A stretch of 62,862 nucleotides of DNA, the filler included, from Globobulimina sp. (Eukaryota), in assembly GCA_003354225.1 (NCBI GenBank). It is 34 parts of 34 records of this genome, joined end to end, with 100 filler letters (N's around TTAATTAATTAA, not from the genome) between each part and the next. Parts side by side here need not be neighbours in the genome. Positions count along the whole stretch, not along the records: positions 1 to 1,753 come from PIVH01012339.1; positions 1,854 to 3,606 come from PIVH01012340.1; positions 3,707 to 5,459 come from PIVH01012341.1; positions 5,560 to 7,312 come from PIVH01012342.1; positions 7,413 to 9,165 come from PIVH01012343.1; positions 9,266 to 11,018 come from PIVH01012344.1; 28 more parts are not named here. The stretch is one strand, 5' to 3'. Below, piece after piece: positions 1-11,118 of this stretch. How positions within the stretch are numbered: position 1 is the first letter of the stretch; the number at the start of each line of letters is the position of its first letter. A program made the position numbers and the translations under genes. Under the pieces are notes generated by a model, which worked only from the letters and a program-made list of their open reading frames with translations, did no database searches and was not told the origin of the DNA.

Positions 1-1
1 A

Positions 2-625
2 AACCGTATTATTTAATTCGTGCGTTTCTAGTATATTTTGAAAATATTGATTTACGTTTTCAACCATTTCCTTTGCTATTTCCATATCTCCATTCACTGC
101 TAAACGTTCGTTAATTCTCCAATTTGAACTGTTTTTATATATTAAATGTAAAATACCGCCACGATAATAACCAATGTCTGGAATAATTCCTTCACATAAA
201 CATCCGCATTGTTCCTCTGTTTTAGATTCAAAACATAAACAACCAAATTTATTATATTCAACTGAATGTATAATAGTGCCATTTTGATAAATATTTACTG
301 TACATTCATTTTCATCAAATATAACATCATATTTGTTTCTTGCATAAAAATAATACTTACAATAATTATGTATGATATAAACAATAAAAATTATTAAACC
401 TATTACAATAAAAAAAAATGATACAAAATGATGGTTACCAAAAATAATGCCAATAATTCCAACAATTATGAATGGTACACCATATAAGTATTTCTGACCA
501 TGTATCCAACAATTATCAGATGCTTCAAAACTAAATGATTCAGTTAATGTTTCTGATTGAGAGCATAATAATAATTGTTCTTTGTCTATCTGTGATGGGA
601 ACATGTTTGGTGGGAAAGTTTTCAT
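2..625 (-). CDS. Hypothetical two-TM membrane protein, 3' partial
   Basis: Read by hand: ATG at 625 (MKTFPPNMFPSQ...), two hydrophobic stretches (GVPFIIVGIIGIIFG; FVSFFFIVIGLIIFIVYII), open to the window start; absent from the ORF track. Confidence 0.7.
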   Translation of the reverse strand, partial: MKTFPPNMFPSQIDKEQLLLCSQSETLTESFSFEASDNCWIHGQKYLYGVPFIIVGIIGIIFGNHHFVSFFFIVIGLIIFIVYIIHNYCKYYFYARNKYDVIFDENECTVNIYQNGTIIHSVEYNKFGCLCFESKTEEQCGCLCEGIIPDIGYYRGGILHLIYKNSSNWRINERLAVNGDMEIAKEMVENVNQYFQNILETHELNNTV

Positions 626-716
626 TGACTGTACCAAGATGAAAGGGTGTTTAAATTTGTATTTTCACATAAAAATAAGGTATATTAAACTAGAATAATT
701 AAATTTAAAGCAAAAA

Positions 717-1753
717 TTAAACTGTATATTTCGTTGTGCTTGTATTAAATTGTGTCATTTGCTTATTTTGTAGTATTTCTTTTAATTTTTCCCTTTTTGC
801 ATAAACTGTTGCAAAACAAGCTATAAATGCAGGACCAACAGTACATAATACAATTAGCCATTCAACAGTGGATGATAATGTACATTCATCCCGTTTATCA
901 TTTGGCTCATATCCTGCACCACATTCAACATCACAAACACCAGATGTTCCAACATATCCATCACTACATGGCTGACAATATTTGTTATCTAAAGTCTCTT
1001 CATATCCATCATTACAATTATATTTATCCTTTTCCTTCAAAATCCAGCCTGTCTCAATTGCAACAGTGGCAATACTGTTTGTTGGTGGCGATGTTGGAGA
1101 ACCAGTCGGATGTAATGAAACTGATGGATTATATGTTGGATGTTTTGATGGTACTGCGGTTGGTTCAGTTGGCTGTTGAATTGGTGATACTGATGGAAGA
1201 TTTGTTGGAGCGGATGTAGCTATAACTGCATATTGAGTGAGGTGAGTCTTTCCAGTGTATCCGCCAAGAACTTGCCCACTATATCCACCCATCACTTTTA
1301 TAGTATTATCCACCATAAACACCGCAGCTACAGCCAACACTGGAATATCCAAATGACTCTCCGGATTTGACAGATATTCAAACGAATCAGTCACTACATT
1401 TAATGTATACATATCATTGCAATATACATCGTAATACATTCCTCCTCCCCAATATATAAGCTTATCGACACTAGAATATACTGAAAATGCATGAGTCCTT
1501 AATACAGGATAGGGATTATTAAAAGTAGCAAGGTCTCCAATGATACTGTCAGATATTTCCGTGACTGTATTCAAGTTCGCCACATTCAATTTTCTCACGT
1601 ATTGGTTGTATAAATCAGGGAATACAAAGATTGCGTCATTGTAATATTCGCATGCGCCATTATTAGTGGTGAATCTAATATCTTTTTGATCCCAGCGATC
1701 TGTTGTAACGTCATATATTTGCAGAATAGAGAGAGCGTATTGCGTTTGATTTA
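717..1753 (-). CDS. Type I surface protein: Kelch-like repeats, PT/PS stalk, Cys-rich repeats, TM; 5' partial
   Basis: LIYWGG and IKVMGGY Kelch-like motifs; PTxxPS repeats; CxxCxxGY Cys-rich units; TM WLIVLCTVGPAFIACFATVY. Confidence 0.7.
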
Positions 1754-1853
1754 NNNNNNNNNNNNNNNNNNNNNNNNNNNNNNNNNNNNNNNNNNNNTTA
1801 ATTAATTAANNNNNNNNNNNNNNNNNNNNNNNNNNNNNNNNNNNNNNNNNNNN
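1754..1853. other. Artificial contig linker (N44-TTAATTAATTAA-N44); 33 copies, one about every 1852 bp
   Basis: Identical 100-nt spacer with stops in all six frames; intervening contigs are 1753, 1752 then 1751 bp (length-sorted). Confidence 0.99.
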
Positions 1854-2095
1854 TATCCCAAAAGATAACCCCCCCGCGTTTGGATAACCCCCCCCCTTTG
1901 TATACCGAAAATTCAATTATAAATTTGTTCTGACTTTGTTCTCGATTTTCAAACCCAACACAAAGTTATAACAAACACAGAACAAACACAAGACAAACAT
2001 ATAGCAAACTGTTTCTGGATTTGCAAAGCGTTTCTCAGATAATTGAATTAAATGTATACAACTTATCGACCAGGGGGGGGTTATCTTTTGGAATA
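1854..2095. mobile_element. MITE-like element with about 22-bp terminal inverted repeats
   Basis: TATCCCAAAAGATAACCCCCCC at 1854 and GGGGGGGTTATCTTTTGGAATA ending at 2095 (1 mismatch); non-coding; related pieces near 20390-20460, 26018-26052 and 31095-31202. Confidence 0.65.
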
Positions 2096-2101
2096 TATCG
2101 T

Positions 2102-3577
2102 TTATTCAAAATGTCGAAAATGATTAAGTAAAATATCTCTCTGTGCATACACATTTTTGTTGGTCCTGATTATATTTACACCCGATTCAACAGCAGCACC
2201 TAAAAAAAATATCCTTCCCTGTATTGTTTCATATAAATCTTTTAAATCAGGCTCATTTTTAAATTCCTCTCTATAACTATCACATTCTGCATTCGTTAAA
2301 GTCTGTGAAAACGATAAAATAACTGACAATTCCACCTCCATTCCGGCCAATAATCCACTAAATAAATGGAATGCTGTTATGTCATTGCGATTTAATCCTT
2401 GTTCTACAGACATAACAAAATAAATATGATGTATTTTATGCATAGTTTGAAGGCATTGTTTAATGTACAACTCGTTGCTGCCATGTATGAAACCGGGAGT
2501 ATCCATAATATTAATATCCAAATTTTCAGCATTGTCAATGGAATAAATTGTACATTCTTCAGTTTTTGTAAACATAGACCACCATTCATCCGGTGCATAA
2601 TCCCTATCCTTCAACACTTCGATCAATGTTGTTTTGCCTGCCTTTGGCCCGCCAATCAAAATAATATTACGCACATTTGCGTGGACAAAATCAGTGTAAT
2701 GACTGATAAAAGAATCAAATTTCGGGATATCTATGCAATTTTGCATATTGGTGCAACATTCAGCCAATGTGTTCCTTACTTTTCTTATCAACGAGAGATA
2801 ATCCTGATAAATTTTTAATTTTTTTAAATTATATGATGATCTCTGTTTTATTATATGTTCAAATAATGCACGTCTTTGCGAATAAACATTTTTCTGCAAT
2901 TTTGCAACATCATACATCGATCCTTTTTGAACCGCTCCTAAGAAAAATATCCGACCATTTATTTTGTGATACAACTCTTGTAAATCCGGAACATTTTTAA
3001 ATTGATCCCTGTAATGATCATATTGTTTTTGTGTTGATAAATTTTGTGAAAATGATAAAATAATTGATATTTTTTGTTCCATTCCCAAGAATAATTCAGT
3101 AAATAAACGAAATGATTCTAAATCTTGGTCATTTAAACCTCGCTGAATGGACATAACAAAATAAACATGATTTATCTTTGTAATTTCGAGTTCAATGCAT
3201 TTTGTGATTGTATCCAAAATAATTTCATTGGTCCTTTTATCATTAATATCTAATGTCCGCTCAAATAAACCTGGCGTATCCATAATGTTGAACTGTAAAT
3301 TCAATTGTTTATATTCTAGATCTCCAATCCCTTTTACTCTCATTGTAAATGACTCCGATGTTACATCTTCAGTTCCACGTAAAATTGTAAATAAAGGAGG
3401 GAAATAGTCTTTATTTTTCAAAACATTAATGAGTGTTGTTTTACCTGTTCGTGATCTACCCACAAAAATAATATTTCGCGTTTCTGCTTTCACCAATTTA
3501 TAATCATTCTCCTCGAGCTCACTTTTACAAAGCCATACTATTAACACTAGCAAGCTGAAGCAGAACAATGGTGACAT
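2102..3577 (-). CDS. Tandem AIG1/GIMAP-like P-loop GTPase with N-terminal signal or anchor
   Basis: Two homologous domains: G1 GRSRTGKT and GGPKAGKT, both G3 IMDTPG, shared HxYFVMS; hydrophobic N-terminus. Confidence 0.8.
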   Translation of the reverse strand: MSPLFCFSLLVLIVWLCKSELEENDYKLVKAETRNIIFVGRSRTGKTTLINVLKNKDYFPPLFTILRGTEDVTSESFTMRVKGIGDLEYKQLNLQFNIMDTPGLFERTLDINDKRTNEIILDTITKCIELEITKINHVYFVMSIQRGLNDQDLESFRLFTELFLGMEQKISIILSFSQNLSTQKQYDHYRDQFKNVPDLQELYHKINGRIFFLGAVQKGSMYDVAKLQKNVYSQRRALFEHIIKQRSSYNLKKLKIYQDYLSLIRKVRNTLAECCTNMQNCIDIPKFDSFISHYTDFVHANVRNIILIGGPKAGKTTLIEVLKDRDYAPDEWWSMFTKTEECTIYSIDNAENLDINIMDTPGFIHGSNELYIKQCLQTMHKIHHIYFVMSVEQGLNRNDITAFHLFSGLLAGMEVELSVILSFSQTLTNAECDSYREEFKNEPDLKDLYETIQGRIFFLGAAVESGVNIIRTNKNVYAQRDILLNHFRHFE

Positions 3578-3728
3578 GATTGAACATATACTGTTTCAAT
3601 TATAAANNNNNNNNNNNNNNNNNNNNNNNNNNNNNNNNNNNNNNNNNNNNTTAATTAATTAANNNNNNNNNNNNNNNNNNNNNNNNNNNNNNNNNNNNNN
3701 NNNNNNAGATATACCAATTCCAAACGGC

Positions 3729-5087
3729 ATGAAGCGACATTTCATTGTCGATATTTATGATTCCAGACCGCATTATCCACGAAACAACGGCTTAAATTTA
3801 CCGGTCCGACACCGTTTGACCTTACCCAGAAACGGAAAAGTATCGGATTTAGAAACTATAATCACGAAATTGTATGCGATAAACACCGATACTGAGCGTA
3901 TATTTTTGTATCGTTTATGGGGTTTCCGGTGTTGTTATGTATGGAATGGATTTGAGCCGTTGACCGATGTGGATGATAACATCGCTTGTTACATCATCAA
4001 AGACTGGCAGCCAACCAGCCATATCTGCCATATTCACCAAGTTCGACCGATCCAAAAAGCAGAGATCAATGACGTACAATATGAGGATAATTATTGTGTA
4101 GATTCAGACGATGAATCCGAGGCAGTGGAGGTATTAAAACATCATTGTCATAGACACCATGACCAAAAATGTCACCAAATACATATGAATGACAAACATG
4201 TGATCAGTCCGTATGCGTTTGGCCAACCATTCCTAATCTCATTGCCTGCTAATAATACGACCGGGCGCTTGGTGCATAAGATGATTTATGACCGGCTATA
4301 TTCGTGGATTGGTGCCACATATAATATATTGCCCCGTGCCCCGCCTCGTATGTATGGAGTGGAGGAAGAGGACGAATGGGACATTATATTTATAAATCTA
4401 CCGTATAAATTGCGTTGGGTGCACAAGGATTATAACTTTTATTTTGATGCATATAAGCCTCCATTGGTGAGTCTGGACGAAAACGTGATTAATTATACGT
4501 GGAACTATCACGCCAATGTCGTGATTGAATGGAATGAGGAGAAGTATGTCGATGCGAAGCGGTTATTGAGTAAAATAAGGAGAAGTATGTCGATGCGAAA
4601 CGACGAGGGAGTAAATGCGAAGTGTGCGCATGATGTGGATGTGATGGATATATATGAATGTTTGGACGGCTTTATGGATGGCAAAAAGTTATGGGCGTTG
4701 CCGGAGGTGTTAACGTTGCATTTGCCGAGGTTTTATAAGTTCAGTGTGCAGCGGGAGAGAGTGAATAAATGCGTGGAGAGGAACGGGGAAATTCCGTCAA
4801 TGGTAACATATCCAGTTTATAACTTAGATTTAAGTCCGTTTATGGCTGAAGAGTTGACCATGAATGCAAAATATGATTTGTATGGCGTCATATGTCATTC
4901 CCAAATCAATCATTTTTATGCGTTGTGTAAAAATAGTGATGGCAAATGGTATAAATTTGAGGATAGTAAAATTATAAAAATTGGTGAATTTCAGTTGGTA
5001 AATAATAAGGCTCTGATATTGTTTTATAAAAAAACAAAACAAAATACAAAACTTGCCAATCATTCATTGTTTGATAGGTATTTCTAA
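3729..5087 (+). CDS. Ubiquitin-specific protease (C19, USP4/11/15-like), C-terminal part
   Basis: FGQPFLI, LWALPEVLTLHLPRF, YPVYNLDLSPF, YDLYGVICH, HFYALCKN, WYKFEDS; Cys box not in this contig. Confidence 0.8.
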   Translation: MKRHFIVDIYDSRPHYPRNNGLNLPVRHRLTLPRNGKVSDLETIITKLYAINTDTERIFLYRLWGFRCCYVWNGFEPLTDVDDNIACYIIKDWQPTSHICHIHQVRPIQKAEINDVQYEDNYCVDSDDESEAVEVLKHHCHRHHDQKCHQIHMNDKHVISPYAFGQPFLISLPANNTTGRLVHKMIYDRLYSWIGATYNILPRAPPRMYGVEEEDEWDIIFINLPYKLRWVHKDYNFYFDAYKPPLVSLDENVINYTWNYHANVVIEWNEEKYVDAKRLLSKIRRSMSMRNDEGVNAKCAHDVDVMDIYECLDGFMDGKKLWALPEVLTLHLPRFYKFSVQRERVNKCVERNGEIPSMVTYPVYNLDLSPFMAEELTMNAKYDLYGVICHSQINHFYALCKNSDGKWYKFEDSKIIKIGEFQLVNNKALILFYKKTKQNTKLANHSLFDRYF

Positions 5088-5559
5088 AAAAAAAGGAAAT
5101 TTGTTTTTTGTTTCTTGTTTCTTGCTCTTTCTTTTTGTGATCAAAGAGTTTTTCTGTATTATATATAGTATTTGTGTCATTGTATGATATGTTTTGTGTA
5201 TTTAATTTTATTTTTGTTTTGATTTGTGTATCGATCTGTTTTATGAACTCTTTTTTCTTTCTTTTTTCCTTCCTTTTTGTTGTTTAAATTGCAACTATTC
5301 TACCATACATAGTAATGTTTCCCAAAAGTTCTATAGTAGTAAGTAGATGAAATAAATCTTTTTGTCCGATGCTATAAATCCGATAAAAACATCGGTTTAT
5401 AAAACACTGTTCATAAATGAACCAAAATCACAAAATAAGTCAATTATAATACAATATATNNNNNNNNNNNNNNNNNNNNNNNNNNNNNNNNNNNNNNNNN
5501 NNNTTAATTAATTAANNNNNNNNNNNNNNNNNNNNNNNNNNNNNNNNNNNNNNNNNNNN

Positions 5560-6900
5560 ATGTTGCTGTTTTTTATTGTTTTGTGCTTGCTGTTGGGCCT
5601 CACGCAACTGATCGACATTAATATCATTATCACTAGCTATTTTTAGCAGTTGTTCATATTCTGCCGCTTGTTTGGCATATTGTTGTTCTCTTAAATTTGA
5701 TAATTGATACAAATCCAACTCATCAATTAATATGTTCAATAAATTATTGCCAGTGTTGGTTCCAAACTCTTCTCTCTGTCTCAATATTTGTATCTGATCC
5801 CTTTGTATGTTGATATTGATCATTTCAAAAAATAACTTTGAACTTGTAATTGGATATTTATATTCATTTAACATACTCAGTAAATAATTTATTTGATTCG
5901 ATGGCTCATTGTCATGGATTCTGTCATTAATATTAATTATAAACTGTTTAAACAAAACATAGTTGAAATGCGCTCTAAATTGTACATAAATTGTAATTGT
6001 TTGCAGATTAATTTTATATGGTATTATAAAATGAAAACTTTGCATATCATCAAATTGATGAATATGATAATTATTACTAGCAACATCTTCATATTTTATT
6101 TCTTTTTCTTTTTGATCAGCATCTAATAATATTATATATTTCGAATTTAATATCTCTTCATAATATCTTTGATGAATGGAACCACTGTCTCGTAAAACTA
6201 TTACTTTATCATCTCGTAATTCCAAATTGTCATAAAAAGCAGTTGAACAGTTATGAAATATGGATGCATCAACTTCTTGCATTTGAATAAATTCTTTACA
6301 ACCAAATAATTGCTCGTTTTGTATAGATATTTGTAATTGCTTTAATCTCAAAGAATTTACTGAGTGTACCGATGTGTCACAATAACTAAACGATGTTGCG
6401 GTATTATTGTCAATAATTTTACATTTTATTTCAGTTACATCAATTGGACAAGATTCAGATATTGTAACTGGTATTTGTGTCAAATCAAATGACACAAATA
6501 CAGAATGTATCTTCAATGCAACAGTCATCACATTTTTGTCACCAATAAAATCTGCAATGGATTTATTAAATTCCTTTGGTGACATTTCCATTAACGTTTT
6601 ACCGCTAAATTTGTTAGCTTCAAAATATTTAATTATTTTATCTGTATATCTTGTAATAACATTAATTTTCATTAACTCGGGTATTACATATTTAGTTAAA
6701 ATAAATAATATTTGTTTATAATTGCAATCTTTTATGCTTTTTACTTTTCCATCCCATGGCCATAAACTAGTACTGTCATTTATTGAAATAGAATAATAAT
6801 TAAACGCAAAATGTGGCGTTATTTTAAATTTGGAGGATAATATTTTATACTCATCACAAAATACTTTAATATGTAATTCTTCATTCAATCTTTCCAGCAA
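5560..6900 (-). CDS. Hypothetical protein, partial
   Basis: Long ORF open at the contig end; no motif recognised. Confidence 0.5.
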
Positions 6901-7412
6901 ACATTTTGATTTTATAGCAGTTGGTTGATATAAAAACTGTTTTTTCGATTTGATTATAGGAATCCACTCCGGGTTACATTTTATTTCTGCATTTTGTTTG
7001 TCATTGTTTTTATATTGTAATCCGGTAATATTGTAAAACGTATTTGGGTTTGTTATAAGTTTTCGATATGATCTTAAAATAGTTCAGCAATGAATCAATA
7101 GAATACAATTTATGTTTATCTTGAAAATATATACAGAAACGTTTTGAATATTGTATACAAAGACAAATATAAATTATATTCCTTACACATTACCTTAAGG
7201 GTTTGGTCCCCTATTTTTTTGACAAATTGACAAAAACGATTTGACAATTTGACAGTACCGCTAACTCCTCCATGGCCCAAATGTTTTCACTTGTCAAATT
7301 TTTCATTTTTCANNNNNNNNNNNNNNNNNNNNNNNNNNNNNNNNNNNNNNNNNNNNTTAATTAATTAANNNNNNNNNNNNNNNNNNNNNNNNNNNNNNNN
7401 NNNNNNNNNNNN

Positions 7413-7537
7413 AATGCCATTTTATTGCGAAATTTGTGATATATGTAGAGATTATAGATGCCAAATGGTGCCATTATGCAGCATAATATACAGATGGTAA
7501 CCCATACCAAAATGTGCGTTACAAGAAGGGCTGCCAT
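7413..7537 (-). CDS. N-terminus (first TM helix) of a probable 7TM protein, partial
   Basis: MAALLVTHILVWVTICILCCIMAPFGIYNLYIYHKF resembles TM1 of the other 7TM-like ORFs in this window. Confidence 0.4.
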
Positions 7538-7927
7538 GGTTGATTGATTAAGTATAATTAAATATAAAAAACCTGACTTTACTAAAAACAACAAGTACCT
7601 CAAAATGGAACTTGAGACAAAAATGTCAGATCAAATAAGTAACCAGTTTTGTTTAATAAAGATCTTAAAAAATTGGATATAATATGATCAGCATGACTTT
7701 TTTGCTCGAATAATGTATCATATATTTATATTGTTTGTGTGTTTTCGAGTTGTTATTTTGTATCATGTCGTTTGTTTCTGTGTAACATTTTACCCTCAAA
7801 ATCGAAATTTGTGATATGTGTAGCGATTTATATATACCAAATGGTCACAACAAGGGCTACCATGGTTGGTTGATTAGGTAAAATGAAATATAAAAAAAAC
7901 CGACTTTCCCAAAAAACATCAATAACA

Positions 7928-9165
7928 ATGGACACAGTCACCACCAGTCAATCCACACAAAATCAAGACAACAGTCAGAACAATCCACACGAAATCATTA
8001 CCATCGCAGTCGGCCAATGTGGCATATACATGCTCAATGCATTCCTCTCCACCATCAGAGCTGAACACAAAATCGACAGAAACGGTAACTTCACAGGCAA
8101 CTGGAACCACACAAATGACAAATTATTAATGTTAAAAAACAACGTATATTTTGACACTGACAAACGCCACAATCGATATGTTCCCAGATCAGTATTTATG
8201 GACATTGATAAAACGCATATTGACAACCTGCGATCATCCTATTTAGGCTCATTAATATCAGACGATAACTTCCTCTCTGGTTCATACGCAGAACCCAGCG
8301 TGCTTTGGTCGACTGGTCATTACATCGAAGGCGCAGAATGCATTGACGAATATTTGGACAGAGTCAGGCAAATGTTTGAAGTGTGTGACTCACCTCAAGG
8401 TTTTCAAATGTTTCACGCCATGGCAGGTGGCTGGGGCGGTGGCTTTGGCACTTTGTTGCTACTCAAAATCCGCGACAATTACCCAGATCGTTGCACTAAT
8501 AACTTCAGCGTCTATCCGAGCTCAAATAACTTCGCAGATTATCCCAGTCACAGTCACAATTTCGCAGTGTATAATACAGTCTTAAGTGTGCATCAAATAT
8601 TGGAAAACAGTGACATGTGCTATACGTTTGATAATGGAAAACTATTTCACTTTGCACAGAAACATTGTAAATTAAAAAACCCCACTTACAGTGACTTAAA
8701 CTTTTTAATCTCACAAATTGTCAGCGGCGCTACAGCTACGCTACGATTTCACTGCGAACCAACGGTTAATGTTACTTTACAGTCTTATAATGTTTGTTTT
8801 TGTCCATTCCCTCGCTTACATTTCGTATCGTTATCACATTCACCGTATTTTTCAAACACTGCACGGTCGCAGTTGACCAATGTGAATGCAATCATTGATG
8901 GCTTATTGGGTCCAAATGATGTTAGCAATGTAAAATATGAAGATGGTAAACATTTGAATATGGCAATTTGTTATCGGGGCAGTGATGAAACTGCCATTGA
9001 TAAAATGGATGAATATATATCGACTATTCAACAGAGGATGGCTGAGGATGTTGAGTATAAAATATATAATTCATGTTATTGTTTTTTTATTGATATTATA
9101 ATTAATACAGTTTGTGACATGGATACCAGGCATTAATGTGCATTCAAGTTTTATTTATGATGGGG
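7928..9165 (+). CDS. Highly divergent beta-tubulin (foraminiferal type-2-like), intron 9050-9110, 3' partial
   Basis: EIITIAVGQCG, RYVPRSVFMD, GHYIEGAE, CDSPQGFQMFH, LLLLKIRDNYPDR, PFPRLHF; removing GTTGAG...ACAG restores AED|FVTWIP. Confidence 0.9.
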
Positions 9166-9345
9166 NNNNNNNNNNNNNNNNNNNNNNNNNNNNNNNNNNN
9201 NNNNNNNNNTTAATTAATTAANNNNNNNNNNNNNNNNNNNNNNNNNNNNNNNNNNNNNNNNNNNNTTTGGAATATTATTAACATTAAAATACTCCCTAAT
9301 GAAATCCATAGCTTTTTGCATCATCGGGTACATTTTCGATAATAT

Positions 9346-11018
9346 TTGCATATACTTTCTATTTGGCTGCAATTTAAGGATGAATATGATATGGTCGTGC
9401 CAATCATAATGAAATTACAGAAAGTTATGGTAGATAGAAATAAAAAGATGATTGGTTGTCATATTCAGCCAATTTATGTGCTCACAAAATACCGTGTTTG
9501 CAAAATAATAATTTCCAAATTTAATGTCGCAGCCGAAAATGTAATAAATTATGCAATAAGGGAACAAATATGGTATTATTGTACCAATGAAGATGATGAA
9601 AAATGCATATTGTTATTGAATGAAGATGAATATTTATATTTGATTAATAAGCATAAAATAATTAAATCAAAATTAATTGATTGGTTAAATACGTATAGAA
9701 ATTATGAATTTTCAATGGATGGCACTACCAATCATAAACATTCCGATAGCTTTGTGATATTAGGGATGGAATTAGATAATCGATGGTCGTTTAACTTACA
9801 TACTAAGAAGATATTGAATGATATGCAATTAATACGTCGTAGTTGCTACAAATTATTGGATAATAAACACAGTAAAATAAGTGCCGGCGTTACAAAGTAT
9901 TTTATCGAAGCAACGGCAATATCCTTATTAAATTATGCAGGTTCAACGTACATTAATATGGTAAATGATAATAAGATAAGGACAGAGTACAATAATTTGA
10001 TTCGGATTTTTAACAATAAATTGTATACATTATCGATAATGGAACGGAATAACTTTAATGGGTTCAATACATTCGACTCATTTATGAAAAGAATAAATGC
10101 AAAATCATTCTCAAAATTGCTGAGATGCAATGAAAATAATGGTTTATATGAAAAAAAATGTGATTTTATTAAGCAAATTAAACCATTATATAATCGTATT
10201 AGATTTGGCCATGACGCCCATGATAAATTGAAGCATATTCCGAGAGAAAAAAGAAGAAATAATATTTTATGGAAATGGTATATGGATTCGATAGAATTGG
10301 ATACCATGGATATAAAAACGTACATTTGTGGTAACTATGTACAGAGATTTGTATACAACTTTGTACCATGTACGTTGCCGAAATCTATCCAATTTATTAG
10401 TTTTGACAATATGTGGAAGGATTCTATGTTAGAAGCCAATAAATTGTATTTCCTTCCCGATGGCTCTGTGTATCCCTACGACAATGACCCGAAAAGTTCA
10501 ATTTTTGGTATTGGAGGCTGTGCATTGGTCGTTTACTATGGTTTGGAAATTATTGACACCATCACAATACCATTGACAGTACGTACACACATTAACATTA
10601 TGGAATTCTATGTGATTTTACATGCATTGATTTGGATGAATGAACCAAAAAATAAGTCAAAATACGTGGATAATGCTGATGGCGTAGCAATAATAACAGA
10701 TAGCCAGAATTGTTTAAATATCATATCACAAAAACATACACCAAAAGATGATGTGATAATAAATCTATACACGAAAATAAATCAGGAAATATTGAAAATA
10801 TCGGACTTTAACTATATTGCGAATTTTATAAAATTCTTTTGGGTCCACAGTCATTCGGAGTCTATGATGAATGATCTCGTTGATGAATTAGCAAAATGTG
10901 CAGCGGGAGTCGTTAAAATGTGTTTTACGAAGGAAATAAAACCGAAAGAAAAAGATGCAAAGAATGACGAAATAAAATGTGGCAACCAATCTGAAATTGA
11001 GAATAAAAATGCAATAAA
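9346..11018 (+). mobile_element. Long intronless ORF with an RNase HI-like domain, probably retroelement-derived, partial
   Basis: LPDGS...GIGGCA...NIMEF...IITDSQ...FWVHSH...NDLVDELAK gives a complete D-E-D-D site at about 10450-10900. Confidence 0.7.
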
Positions 11019-11118
11019 NNNNNNNNNNNNNNNNNNNNNNNNNNNNNNNNNNNNNNNNNNNNTTAATTAATTAANNNNNNNNNNNNNNNNNNNNNNNNNN
11101 NNNNNNNNNNNNNNNNNN

